From NCBI RefSeq assembly GCF_006345805.1, contig NC_042999.1:55800001-55864000 (forward strand): 64,000 bases of DNA, written 5' to 3'. Shown here piece after piece: positions 50,224 to 62,930 of the stretch; positions within the stretch are counted from its first letter, which is position 1, and every line of letters begins with the position of its first letter. A program made the translations under genes and the position numbers. Under the pieces are notes generated by a model. That model was not told the origin of the DNA, searched no databases, and was given only the letters and a program-made list of their open reading frames with translations. This DNA comes from Octopus sinensis. Lineage: Eukaryota.

Positions 50224-50296
50224 GGGTCGGGTCGGGTCGGGTTGGGTTGGGTCGGGTCGGGTCAGGTTGGGTTGGGTTGGGTTGGGTTGGGTTGGG
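50224..50296 (+). repeat. (GGGTY)15 pentanucleotide array with G-quadruplex potential
   Basis: 14 GGG tracts separated by 2-nt loops; one unit is AGGTT. Confidence 0.9.
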
Positions 50297-50339
50297 ACAA
50301 TTTCCATTATATATTGAGAACTATAGCGTGAAGGCAGCA

Positions 50340-50560
50340 TAAAAATAAACAACCCTTCCTCAATTGTTGGCAGATTTACCTACTCCGCATTGCGAGCAGT
50401 GGAACAAGATGCGTCTTCGTCAAAGGAATTGCTCCCCCAAAGCAAATTAAATAAAATTTGAGATACGTGGAACGTCAAAGCTGCTAACAAAAACAGGACA
50501 GTGAAAACATTCGGTAAGGGCTGTTTAACCCCAACGAGGTGAAGTGGTGAACGCTGGAGA
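50340..50560 (+). mobile_element. Probable RTE-type LINE 5' fragment
   Basis: Translates KLNKI*DTWNVKAA and, in another frame, NEVKW, resembling the APE N-terminal motifs xGTWNVR and SEVRW. Confidence 0.4.
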
Positions 50561-51016
50561 AAAAAGGCTTTGTCAAGAGACAGACAAGAATGCGTGTTAT
50601 AGTTATAAACTGAATGAGAAGAAAAAGAATTACATTTAGAAATAGAGCTCTATAATTATTGAGGACAGAATTTCAGTTAGAAATAGAGAACTATAAATAT
50701 TGTATTATGCATAAAGTGGTGGCTTACATTCGGGGCTTCCAATTTCTTTGTAAAATATAAGATAGTCGCAAAATCATGGCACATATCACCATCAATTACA
50801 AACACCGGTGGAAGATAAAAGTTCCAGAGGACATTCTTGTTCTTTCGTTTGTACAAGGATCGTATTATGTTTCGGCTTAAAATAAATTATAGATACAAAT
50901 ATAATGTATAGAAATATATAAAAATCAGAATAGAAAATAAACGTCATAGGCATATAAAATGAGATATCAAGGTGTTATAAATTTGAAACCTACTAGAATA
51001 TCATAGATTATATATA

Positions 51017-52273
51017 TCAAGTCATCCAATCAGTTCTGTCCAATTTTACCTTTTTTTTTTTAGAATTGAATGAAATTTAATAGTATTTTCAAATGTCTAA
51101 TTCAATTAAAAATTATTTTTATGCATTTGTGTACATTTAAACTAATTCAATATTGTTTTACAAAATAATAGAGGGCGTCCACAAAGTCTGCGTGCATGGG
51201 GATTAACACATACTTTTAAAACAAACCAATTTTATTAATTATAATGTTAATAAATAATATTTTCAAAGTGATTTCCATCATTTTTCAATGCATAACTTGA
51301 TGCGCCTTGCAAAATTCAGGTGAACTTAAATAAGTCTACATTGCCATCAATTTCAGCAACTGACTGGTAATGTCCAGTTGAGTTTGATGATAAGTTCCTT
51401 GAGGCATTACTTGAAGAAAATCCATCATTATCAGTTGAAGAATTGGCAATAAAGCTTACTTCAAACCATACAACAGTTCATCGTCATCTTCAACAATGTG
51501 GAAAGATTCCTAAACTTGGAAAATAGGTGCCTCGCGTATTGTCCGAAAGCAACCGCAAATCCCGAGTTGACATCTGCTCTTCTCTCCATTCTCGCAAACT
51601 CATTTCACCCTTTTTCGATAGACTTGTGACGAAAAATGGATTTTCTATCGAAATGTTAAACGTCGTAAACAGTGGCTTGGTAAAAGGGAAAATGCTCAAC
51701 CACAACCGAGAAGGGAACTTCATGGGAAAAAGGTTCTACTCTATCTGGTGCAATTGCAAAGGTGTAATTCACTTTATATTGTTACCACCTAATGCAACAA
51801 TCAATGTTCAAGTCTACTGTCAGCAATTAGAGCGTTTGAACCAAGCTTTGAAGGAAAAAAGAGCCGCTTTAGTGTGTCGAAAACGAGTGATGCTTTATCA
51901 GGACAATGCGCAACCCCACACTGCAAAGATCACATCACAGAAGATCGAAGAGGTCGGTTTGGAAAAATTTCTTTATCCAACTTATTCTCCTGACCTTACT
52001 CCTTCAGGATACCATTTATTTCATAGTTTACAGAATTATTAGGGGGACACAACTTTCGCAAGCCAGGAGGAGGTCGAACCTGACATTACAGAGTTCTTCG
52101 CTTTGAAACCAAAAGAGTTTTACATTGATGGGATTAAAAAGCTTGTAAATAGATGGAAGTAAGTCATAGATAATCAGGGAAAGTACATTGATGATTAACT
52201 TTCAATTAAATATAACATTTGATCACTTGGATTCCTTATCCAAAATTCGGACAGAACTTATGGGATCACCTGA
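51017..52273 (+). mobile_element. Mariner transposon, near full length, frameshifted, with a ~160-bp insertion near 51170
   Basis: TIRs TCAAGTCATCCAATCAGTTCTGTCC / GGACAGAACTTATGGGATCACCTGA. ORF 51527-52042 has WCNCKGVIHF...YCQQLERL...QDNAQPH...YSPDLTPSGYHLF. Confidence 0.92.
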
Positions 52274-52755
52274 GATATATACACCGGCGAAAATAATTTT
52301 AAGACCGACGATAAAAGTTCTATTTCTTACAAAATATTTTGTTACTAACACCATACAAATTATTTATATCTTTTACACCTTATGCAAAATTTATTTCTCT
52401 TTCGAATGATGCAAACAATTTTTATACAACTTGAAGAATTCTAATGCTAAATTAATATATATTTCTTTACTGCCCACAAGGGACTAAACATATAGGGGAG
52501 AAACAAGGACAGACAAACGGATTATATATATATATAATACGAGAATTTTAATGGAGATAACCTGCAGTATATAGTACAACATTTTTGTCTCCGTATATGA
52601 GCTAAATATTAATATAATGTAGTATACGATAAAAATTTCGGATATTTGTCTTAAAACATTCAGACAAGAAAATTCAGATGTAGCACATGAGGTATTATTC
52701 CATACGAATATACACATATTTATGTTAAGAGTTTCATGATAAAAACATAGAAATA

Positions 52756-52980
52756 TTGGGTTGTCCGGAAAGTTTGTGCCGATTTATAGTAGCTTATCTT
52801 TCAACTTATTTTAGAACATGTTTGATCCATAAAATAGGATTTGACTACACCTCTATTTAGAGCACAGTTTAAGCTATCTTTTCGTGGAAGAAGGTTTATG
52901 TTCCTATAACCTGTGTTAATTCTGTAACCCTTTAAAATAAAAGATGAGAAAGTTCATTTTCAGCACTTGATGCTTTGGGA
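52756..52980 (+). mobile_element. Mariner 5' fragment
   Basis: TA|TTGGGTTGTCCGGAAAGTTTGTGCCG TIR and the start of the transposase (EKVHFQHLMLW). Confidence 0.7.
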
Positions 52981-53384
52981 ACCAGACAAAAATATATATA
53001 TAAATTTGCTATTTTCTATTACATGCATATGTACATAGTTACAAACATATGTGCATATATACTAGTGTACATTAAACAGTGTGTATAGATCAATACTATA
53101 AATCTTGTTTAATGTCAGAATATATAATCTGTTAATCCTGTATGAGTATTTAACATTGTTACAGCCAGCTTGTGTGGGTATTAGCTAAGTCTGGGTTGTT
53201 GTTGTTGTTGTTGCTGCTGCTGCTGCTACTGAAGGTGGTGGTGATAAAGTGTTCACTTATGTATAAAAGTGTACAGGTGATCATGGTGCCACCTAGACTG
53301 TATGTGTGTGTGTGTTTGTTTGTACATATATAAATACATACACCCACACACACCCCACACACATTTAGATATATATCATCATGT

Positions 53385-53625
53385 AAAAAGCATTGGTGCT
53401 GGTGTCATGTAAAAAAAGCACTGGTGCTGGTACTGGTACCATATAAAAAGCACTGGTGGTGGGGCCACATAAAAAGCACCCAGTACACTCCGTAAAGTGG
53501 TTGGCATTAGGAAGGGCATCCAGCTGTAGAAACCATTCTAAAACAGACAATAGAACATGGTGCGGCCTCTGGCCAAATCAGCTACTGTCAAGCCATTCCA
53601 ACTCATGCCAGCATGGAAATCCGGT
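53385..53625 (+). mobile_element. Family C element
   Basis: AAAAAGCACCCAGTACACTCCGTAAAGTGGTTGGCATTAGGAAGGGCATCCAGCTGTAGAAAC...CATGCCAGCATGGAAA. Confidence 0.8.
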
Positions 53626-53641
53626 ATTAATTGATAAGATA

Positions 53642-53693
<52 letters not shown>

Positions 53694-54114
53694 TGTTATT
53701 CTCCTTGTCCTGTCTTTTACTGTTTTTATTTGTATTGTTTTTACTGTCCTGTTTTTGTTACCACTTTTACCCCTCCACAAAAAAATTTCAAATTTTATTT
53801 AATTTGCTTTGCGGGAAGGACTGTTTCAATGAAGTCGTGTCTTGCCTTTACCTTCGAAAAACGGAGTAGATGGAACAGAGGCGGCTGAAGAAGGGGAATG
53901 TTTCTTGTGTTGTATGTCTTGTACTCTATTTTTTCGTTGTTTAAGAAAAATGTCCATTTCCTTGGTTTTGTTTTTATGTTTTCATTTCTCATTGTGTTCG
54001 GTGTTTTCTTTTGGTGTCCTGTACCCATATATGCATGTATATATACATATAGATGTAGGTACGTACATATATGTATGTATATATGCATATGTTTTATTTA
54101 TTATTTTGTTATTA

Positions 54115-54224
<110 letters not shown>

Positions 54225-54245
54225 CATATACATATATATATATAC

Positions 54246-54321
<76 letters not shown>

Positions 54322-54324
<3 letters not shown>

Positions 54325-54490
54325 CAAGTTGGTTGAATCATTAGCATGCTGGACAAAATAATTAGTTGGATTTTATTTGTCTTAATGTTATGAGTTCAAA
54401 TTCCACCAAGTTAACTTTGCCTATCATCCTTTCAGGGTCGATAAAATAAGTTCCAATTGAGCACTGGGAGAGGTGGAAGTGGTCGATGTA
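54322..54490 (+). mobile_element. SINE family B, partial and decayed
   Basis: GAATCATTAGCATGCTGGACAAAA...GAGTTCAAATTCCACCAAG...TCATCCTTTCAGGGTCGATAAAATAAG. Confidence 0.8.
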
Positions 54491-54611
54491 ATCAAAACTG
54501 CAGTGCCCCAGCATGTCCACAGCTCTCAACCTGAAACTAGTAAAGAAAATATATTCATTGTATCATGTAGGTGAATAGGTAATTATTGCGCAGCTTAGCT
54601 GTACAGGAAAT

Positions 54612-54872
54612 TGTGAAGGTGTGTGGCTTAATGGTTAGGATGTTGGACTCATGATCATAAGATTGTGGTTTCAATTCCTGGACTAGGCAATGCATTGTGT
54701 TCTTGAGCAAGACACTTCATTTCACATTGCTTTAGTCCACTCAGCTGGCAAAAATGAGTAATCCTGGGACACGCCGGCATTCCATTCAGGTGAGGAATAC
54801 ATACATAATGAAACTGGGAAACCAGCCCATATGAGTCAGTGTGACTCAAGAAGGTAACTTTACCTTTACCTT
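54612..54872 (+). mobile_element. tRNA-derived SINE (fourth family)
   Basis: Head GTGTGGCTTAATGGTTAGG...GGTTTCAATTCCTGG, core GTTCTTGAGCAAGACACTT...GTCCACTCAGCTGGCAAAAATGAGTA, and tail TTTACCTTTACC. Confidence 0.75.
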
Positions 54873-54981
54873 AGGTGACGAAAATTAGTGTGCCACCTTT
54901 GTATATAGCATTTGTGCCATCTATGAGTGTCACCTCTATCAACAAATACATTTAATTTATAAGAGAAGAGATACTCTACAT

Positions 54982-55330
54982 CAGTGATTCTCAACCAGGT
55001 TCCATATGACCCCTAAGGGTCCCTACAAGATTTTGGGATGTCCGCACAATAAAATAGTAAATTGGGGATCCACAATAGTATTTTAAGGGCCCCTGAAAAT
55101 TTTTTGCTTTAGATGTATGTATTGGTATGTATTGCAAGAAACAGCCAGGGTTCTTTCTCTAACATTTTACATAGTTCAATCTACACAAGTTAATAAATGA
55201 AAATCAAAATAAGAATTTTGAAAGAAGTTTCTATAAAACTAGTTTTTAAATATTAAATGGCCACGGGGATCCACCAGAATAAAAGAGAAATCAGAGGGGC
55301 CTATAGGTAAAAGATGATTGAGAACTTCTG
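54982..55330. mobile_element. hAT (Charlie-type) MITE with perfect 8-bp TSD CTCTACAT
   Basis: TIRs CAGTGATTCTCAACC / GATTGAGAACTTCTG. The TSD lies at 54974-54981 and 55331-55338. Confidence 0.9.
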
Positions 55331-56587
55331 CTCTACATAATCATTTAACCTGTGAGACATTGTAGCCAAATTTCCCTTATATCATATGCCAATACCTTAA
55401 AAAAGGAAGCACATGTTACTCTGAGAAAAGAAAAGGATGGGATGGTCACAGTTAGAATGTCTTTCTCTAATTGTAGGTCTGATGCATCAAAGCTGAACAA
55501 AAATATATTTCATGAATGAGGCACCTTTATGATAATCAGTGATGACAATGAAAAATATCATTAATCATTGACATGAAGAGAAGTAGGAGGAAGGGCGGGT
55601 TGTTGATAATGCTTCCAATCCCACCCTGACCTCCACTATAATAAATGCAAGGTAGAGATAGTTGGGTGAGATTAATACAGTCAACGATTCAGGGGAGATG
55701 GTAGTGGTGGGGAGTGGGGTAGTGATAATGAGGATAAGGATGATGGCAATGATGATGATGAACAAGAAAAGAAGGACAGCTTTAGTGGTGGTATAGGTGG
55801 TGATGATGATGAGAAGGAGAGAAGGAGAAAGATTGTGGTGATGGTGGTGGTAGTGGCAGCAGTGGAGAAGGTGGTAATTATAAAGATTATGATGGTTTTA
55901 TTATAAGGAATAATGCTTTTTAACAGAGTGAATGACAAATGTATAGTCACACAAATACACAAACACTCGAGCATGCACAAACACACATACACACAGTTAT
56001 ACATACATAGATATACACATACAAATATTCTGTCATCTTTCTCTTGTTGGCAAACACCAGATTTTACAATTCCTAAAAATTTCTCTATATTCCTCTAGTT
56101 GTTCATTCTAAGATCTGGCAGTGACAGTTAGACTAGGTATTATTGATGAAGATGAAGTCCAATAATGATGAAACATGTCACCATGTTGTCAAAGTTAAAA
56201 TTCTATCATCCTTATATTCTATTCATAATTAATTCTTATTGATTTAAATTCCCGTCTTTCTCAACCAGAATTAATCATTGAACTAATGATTTTCTTTTAC
56301 ACTTCTCATTAAATATGTAATTTTAATTAATATTCATTGTCTTCTTACTTCCTTAAATATATTAACACCTGCTTTACTATTATTTTTCAAGTAGCTGGTA
56401 TCCCTAGAGACTTCCCCTGCCCCACTCCATCTACAGTCATTCCAACACATTATAAAATCAGGATCCAAACTTTCATTCTATGTAGAATATCGTCTTGAAT
56501 TATTTTTCCCAGACTGTGTTTTAAGAAAATTAGCTTTTTGTTCCACATTATTTTGATTGAAATGATCAACACTGTTTAATAAATATT

Positions 56588-56801
56588 CGTTTCTACTCTA
56601 GGCACAAGGCCTGAAATTTTGGGGGAGGGAGCCAGTCAATTAGATCGACCACAGTACACAACTGGTACTTAATTTATCAACCCCAGAAGGATGAAAGGCA
56701 AAGTCAACCTTGGCGGAATTTGGACTCAGGACATAAAGACAGATGAAATACCGCTAAGCATTTTGCCCAGCATTCTAATGTTTCTTCCAAGTTCACTGCC
56801 T
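56588..56801 (-). mobile_element. SINE family B with 17-bp TSD ACTGTTTAATAAATATT
   Basis: The TSD lies at 56571-56587 and 56802-56818. The Meta-like core is present. Confidence 0.9.
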
Positions 56802-57212
56802 ACTGTTTAATAAATATTGCCTAATTTCTCACTTTTTGTTCAATAGTCAATTTAGGATAAACTTTGGTTAAAAATTTTCATAAAACTTCTCATTGTGGTT
56901 TGTGTTTGTATTTCTTTTATGAGATTCAAATAAAGTCATCAGAAAGAGACATCTGTACATCATTGTTTTACAATGATAAATGCTTGTACAATACACGTAC
57001 CACTCTCAGAGTTTCTGTGATTAGTACCTAATGACAGGTCAAAATGAGATGACCAGTAACCACAAGAAACCACAGGATTTACACCTGATTAGCCATCACC
57101 TAAGATGTTATAGCAACAGCCTGGGATCCCTCACTCACAGTGGATTTTCTACATGCTCTGACACCAACCAAGGATATTTCTGTGTCTTTGTGCTCAGATG
57201 GATTGTCATGTT

Positions 57213-57458
57213 TCTTATTTCTTTACTGCCTACAAGGAGCTACACACAGAGGACAGAGGACAATCAAGGACAGACAAACGGATTAAGTCGATTAGATTGA
57301 CCCCAGTGTGTAACTGGTATTTATTTAATCGACCCTGAAAGGATGAAAGGCAAAGTCGACCTCGGCAGAATTTGAACTCAGAATGTAGCGGCAGACGACA
57401 TACTACTAAGCATTTTGCCTGGCGTGGTGCTAACGTTTCTGCCAGCTCGCTGCCCCAT
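57213..57458 (-). mobile_element. SINE family B, full length, with 16-bp TSD GATGGATTGTCATGTT
   Basis: The TSD lies at 57197-57212 and 57459-57474. Confidence 0.92.
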
Positions 57459-59447
57459 GATGGATTGTCATGTTGTATATTAGTTAATCCATAGCTGAGG
57501 CTCTAATAGGTATTGCAGATCTGAGTCAGATTAGGCCTGGGAACAATAGTGATTAAGAAATGGTTCCACACTCCTCAAAACACTGGAAATTCCAAACCAG
57601 ATCCCCACTCCCAGATGCAGTTTAAAGGTCATACCCAGGATATACATAACATACATACATACATACCCACACATTATTACATACATACATGCAATTCCAG
57701 AGATATAGATGTATATGTATGTGTATATTGAGTATCTTATGATAGCCATTGCATAATAGGTATATCTAGTTATCTACAACTTGTGTGGGTGTCAAATTTT
57801 ATGATAATAGTTGTGTGATAGAGTCTTTATTGTATATATCGTATTTATTTCATTGCCAGAGAAACAAAAGGAATCACGTGGGAATTATCCCAGTTGACAA
57901 TTATGATCGATAATTCATCAATAGCAATGGAACCTCTAAATAGCATATTGATTTTATTGATTGTATTGAGCCAAAGAATATATCCACTTATTATTGCTAT
58001 GGATTCATTGATTGAGGAAGTGGGTATTTATGTATTCTACAACATCCTATTGGACATTCTAATGGCTTTCACTTACATTTATATAACTATTCTACTAGTT
58101 ATTGTAGTAGTTGTGGTTTTCATCCATGAGTTTAGTCGATGACACCGTTTCCATTCCAATGTTATAACCTCTTATATTTAGTGGTTAATGTCTTTCAGAA
58201 AAATCTTAAACTTCTGAAATCCCTTTTGCTTTTTCATAAATATATTCTAATTTATTTCTGGGTTAACATGCAGTTTGCTATTATGAAAAACTGAAAGTAA
58301 ATTATCTTAAAAGAATTAAAGTAAATTGCAATAGAAACTGAATGTGACGACAATGACATCCCATAACTGCATGTAAACAATGTATGTGCCATAACCAACA
58401 AATAGAATGTACATGTATTTAATATAACATGAAAACCACACATATATTTTATATAAAACGAAAACAATCACACATTTCAGTGGTAGTCATTGCTGGATAA
58501 AATATATTGAAATAGTGTACCTCAGCTACTATTTCTGAAATACTTAACATATCACTTTTAGTGATATGTTACTGTACAAGTAAGTGTGCCTGTGGACGTG
58601 GCATAATGAGGGAGTTCTTTATATTCATTTATGAAATTTTGGGATCTTACTATTGTCAGTTTTGGTTTCTATCAATTGATTTTCACTTTTATAGAACAAT
58701 TTATTATCACTTTTTTATGATCGTAAACTTCAAGTTAACCATATTTCTGCCAGAGTGACAGAAACAATGAGGCACTGGACTAATTGTTTTAAAATATTTA
58801 GTTTTATTCTTCAATCAAGGTTGAGTGAGTTCACCTTTTATCCTTCCAAGCATTAACAAGATAAGTAGCTGTCATATGTCTAGGTTGATAAAATGGTCCT
58901 TACAAAAAAAACACTTCACATAATGGTTACAAACATGTGGCAATGAACAAAACAAAGGCATATAAAATAAGGGATTATCAGAGACATTAGACATTCTAAA
59001 AATTTTGATATAAATCTAACATATATAAACACTGGATATTTTGAAAAGAGATGATTTTAAAAAATAAACTAAAAAAACATATAAGGTAACCCACTAATAA
59101 AACTGATAAGAGCTCTCCTCTTCAGTTGGACCAGAATACTCTGCTGCCAGTTATTGACACTGCTATACTTGAATGTGTCTGGGAACATTCTGATGTCAGA
59201 TTAGACCCAAGATCTCTCATATCCTGTAAGAAATGGCACACTAATCAACTTCACATTTTGTTTTCACTAGAAGTGTTACATCACAAATTCAGAGTCCCTC
59301 TTCTCTCCAATAAGCACATTGTTTCTTCCTTCAGTATTCTTCAATTCATTTAGCATTTCTATCAAATTAACACTTCTTTTGCAAAGAATTGAACTTGAAT
59401 TAGACATAGTTGGAGAATGTACTCTTCCCCATATGTTTTTAGGTTAC

Positions 59448-59548
59448 CTTCTCTTCATCTGCATACCACTGCTCATACTGAAATCTGGGGCAGTGAAAGA
59501 CACTGTGGATATTGTTGAGGTTGGACATGACATCAAGCATCCCACATT
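59448..59548 (-). CDS. Candidate 101-nt exon (CGMLDVMSNLNNIHSVFHCPRFQYEQWYADEEK) of an unidentified gene
   Basis: TAG acceptor and strong donor AAG|GTAACC. It is phase-compatible with the upstream candidates and with the acceptor TTTCTTACAG at 59223. Confidence 0.45.
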
Positions 59549-59579
59549 CTATCAGTAAACCAGTTTTAGGATATCATAG

Positions 59580-59703
59580 TTAACTACTGTTGTCTTACCT
59601 TATAATTCTTATCTTGCCCTATAACTGTTGCCTTGCCTTATAACAGATTGTCATGACTTAAAACTGTTATCTTACCTAATAACTATCATCTTGCCTTATA
59701 CTA
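59580..59703. repeat. Degenerate ~20-22-bp tandem repeat (ATAACTGTTATCTTGCCTT-like, about 6 units)
   Basis: Direct reading of the sequence. Confidence 0.75.
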
Positions 59704-59760
59704 ATCCAATACTTTATCTTTCCAATCTCTTGAATTCTTTTGCCCTTTTCTAAATCTCAC

Positions 59761-59838
59761 CAATTATCAGCATGTTCCTCCCATTGTTATTGAAGTCTTT
59801 CATTTGCTCCATCGGTAAATCATTGGTTCTTCATGCAA
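59761..59838 (-). CDS. Candidate 78-nt symmetric exon with an in-frame TGA
   Basis: Strong acceptor TTGTTTTTACAG and donor TTG|GTGAGA. Phase 1-1 reads VA*RTNDLPMEQMKDFNNNGRNMLII. Confidence 0.4.
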
Positions 59839-60049
59839 CTGTAAAAACAAGTCTTAGAGAAAAGAACCCCACATAACCTCATTTTATCTGATCTCATTTT
59901 GGGTAGGCTTTTCTTTTTAGTGAGTCTTTTTCTTCTTTATACTGACTGTCAATGTTATACTTTCTCTCTCTCTCTCTCTCTCAAAGAGAGAGGAGATAGC
60001 ATGTCTGTGGGTCGGAGATTTGATTGCCAAATATTTCAGTACTTAGTAC

Positions 60050-61110
60050 CAATTCTAAAGATCTTTGGAATTGCATTGCCATGATACCTGGTGCATTAAT
60101 AAGTTTAGAATGTTTATAATACTTAATATGTGTAGTGTACTTGAATGTTAAAACTAAATTGCTAGTTGCTATTTTTCTGAACAACTTCGGCAAATAGTAT
60201 CATAGGTGTGTAAATTGGGTTAAAATTAATGCCAAGATTGTGCTTTTGATGATGAAGATAATGCCATTGCTAATTTTCAAAATAATTATTTTAATTGATA
60301 AAATTTTAAGATCTTTTCAAAAATTTTTCCCCCAAAGTACATTTTGTATTTAAAAACAATATTTGTGTCACAAGCAATCTTTTTTTTAACCGTTTTAATA
60401 CCAACCTGCTAAGAACACCTCTAGTTCTATGATACAGACTTGTGTTAAATTGATGTAAATTATAATATTTAATAAAAAGTTATGTTAATTTTTGTTATAA
60501 AAATGATAAACATTGCCCTTTACAAGCCTAGCAAAGCTCATGGGCCCAGTTTCCCAGTTTCTGTGGCATATGTGTTCCCCCCAGCTGGACGGGATGTCAG
60601 TCCATCACAGAATTTTTGTTATAATTTATGTTAATTTTTATCATAAACATTTTTGTTATAAATGACAAAGTTATTTTACTAAATTCTTCACTATTTTCAA
60701 ACTTAATTGAAACAAAGGCAATATCCCATCAGAAATACAGTAACAAAAGGGTTAAACTAAGCTTTCTTACCATTCTTTGTGGCAACTATTTCCATTTCAA
60801 TTGCCTTCAGTCTTTATTGTTTTACTTTTATTTAATCCATTTTTCTTATTTTTAAACTGATTTTTGTTGTTTTTGTTGAATTTCTCTTAGATTTTTGAAA
60901 GCTGTGTAATTTTCAGCTCATACAATTTTCAAAAAATTTTACATCACTGGATGCCTCCTTAAATCACTGGAAAAGATTAATTATAAACAAGAGGGGAATG
61001 TATTTGTTCTCCTCTTCAATATGTTCAATGTATTTGACATTGAACATATTGAAATAAAATGAAAACTTTATTACATGTATTCACTACTTCCACTCAGTTG
61101 ATGACTAAAT
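60050..61110 (-). CDS. Three candidate micro-exons: 61075-61110 (36 nt), 60943-60966 (24 nt) and 60050-60087 (38 nt)
   Basis: All have AG/GT boundaries. Spliced together they give the open frame FSHQLSGSSEYIDLRRHPVMYHGNAIPKIFRI. Micro-exons can arise by chance in AT-rich DNA. Confidence 0.3.
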
Positions 61111-61786
61111 CTTCGTAAAACAACAGAGAGCAATCAGATTATTGTGTGACAGATTATTAATGTACATTATAGCAAATTAAAATGTCTAAATATGAAATTA
61201 TTTAAACTAAAGATCCAGCTATTTATTTCAAATAAAGCTATGTTTGTCTTGATCTTCATTTCTTGTATAAAGTAAATCTTTCAACTATAGAAAAAAAACT
61301 GATAAACAGTTTCATAATATCTTTCCATAAACAAAAACATAGTAAATAAATAAAACATTTAAGTGTGATTAATAACTGCCATTATCAAATTAGCTGTTGA
61401 AATAAACTAGTGTTAATGACAGTGTTTTTGCAGTTCAAATTTTTCACACTTCTTCATTTCCCAGCAAATATATTTATTACACAGATGTTGGTTGATAAAG
61501 CAAATATTACTTTCTTTGTCTTTTCTTACATTCTTACCTTAAATATTTGTTCTTGGTTTGTCTTTTCATGGTTTATGAGATTATTGAATTAAATTTGCCT
61601 TTTAATTGGAATGGCCAATGCAATAAAGTACCAAACTGGATGCAGTTCAGTATTTTGCATTGTAGCTCTAAATTATGATTTCAAACTTCCAACTTTGATT
61701 ATCATTTATCTAGAATTGATAATATAATTAGTAAAACTAGTAATATATCGAATCCTGTGATCCTGCAATAACATAAGAAATCAATA

Positions 61787-61900
61787 TATATTTCTTTACT
61801 ACCCCTAAGGGGCTAAGCACAGAGGGGACAAACAAGGACAGACAAAAGGATTAAGTCGATTACATCGACCCCAGTGCGTAACTGGTACTTAATTTATCGA
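61787..61900 (-). mobile_element. SINE family B 3' part
   Basis: TATTTCTTTACTACCC...GGATTAAGTCGATTACATCGACCCCAGTGCGTAACTGGTACTTAATTTATCGA. Confidence 0.85.
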
Positions 61901-61902
61901 TG

Positions 61903-62630
61903 TAGATAAATGCTGATATAGATCAAGCAACAACCCATCAGTGGCTGAGATGCTCAGGGATGAAAGTAGAGACTGAAGGTTTCATATTGGCAGCACAAGA
62001 TCAAAGCTTTCTTACCAAAAACTACCTGTCTAATGTTCTTCAAAATGGTTCTGACCCTAAATGTAGATTCTGCAATAAATTTGATGAAGCAATAGGCCAT
62101 CTTGTCTTGGGATGTCCTGTGCTGACACCAAATGAATAAAAAAAATCACCACAATAAGAGAGGACAGTGTTTACATTGGAAAATATGTAAACACTACAAA
62201 ACCAGCACTCCTACTTACTGGTATGAACATCATCTTGAGCCAGTCGTTGAAGGTAAAAATGCCATAATCCTCTGGGATTTTCCAGTCAACACCAACAGAA
62301 TGATCCAGGCTAATTGACCAGACATTGTCATAAAAAAAAAACAGAAAAGGAAATACTTGTAGACTAATAGATGTAAGTGTTCCCACTGATAAAAATATAT
62401 CTGTAAAGGAATTAGACAAATTAAGTAAAAATATAAGAATCTGGAAATTAAAATACAAAAGGTGTGGCATCTTAAAACAAGAACTGTTCTTGTTATTGTG
62501 GGTGCCCTAGGTATGATTAGGAAGGAATGTCAGAAACATCCCAGGAGAAGCATGTCTCAAAGAAATCCAAGAGATTATACCGACAAGTGCTGCCCACATC
62601 CTTAGAAAAACCCTCTCAATTTAAATCTAT
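61903..62630 (+). mobile_element. R4/Dong-like non-LTR retrotransposon C-terminus (zinc knuckle plus restriction-like endonuclease), decayed
   Basis: WLRCSGMKVETEGFILAAQDQ...CRFCNKFDEAIGHLVLGC...HNK...LHWKICK...ILWDF...PDIVI...IDVSVP...VIVGALG. A second fragment (EKLSKYKDLKTEI) lies at ~62950-63200. Confidence 0.85.
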
Positions 62631-62804
62631 GTGTTGTATTACATTAAGATATTTTGCTACTGCCCCTGCTGCCACTTTCTCTCCCGAAGCTTTCAGTCAT
62701 ACTGCTACATCTCTTATCCTTCACTCACCCTAGTATGGTGGGTGTGTCTCGGTGAATGCCTATAACAAACATGCAAATTTAAAGTAAATAATAAGATAAT
62801 AATA

Positions 62805-62930
62805 ATATTATCTAGGATATGTCTGTTCAAATTCACATATCATCTAGGTTAAACCTGTTCAAAGTCCATATTATCTAGGATATGCCTGTTCAAATTCATA
62901 TATCATCTAAGATACGCCTGTTTAAACTGA
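62805..62930. repeat. Minisatellite of four 31-32-bp units in an alternating A/B pattern
   Basis: ATATTATCTAGGATATGTCTGTTCAAATTCAC / ATATCATCTAGGTTAAACCTGTTCAAAGTCC / ATATTATCTAGGATATGCCTGTTCAAATTCAT / ATATCATCTAAGATACGCCTGTTTAAA. Confidence 0.85.

Noticed and set aside
53850-53900. Permuted (type II) hammerhead: CCTTC-GAAA...CTGAAGA-AGGGG
   Set aside because: Stem I cannot be formed and stem III needs an extra A; the related 45.2-kb arms also fail to fold.
62805-62930. CRISPR-like array (also 59580-59703)
   Set aside because: The units are directly adjacent with no unique spacers, there are no cas genes, and the context is eukaryotic.
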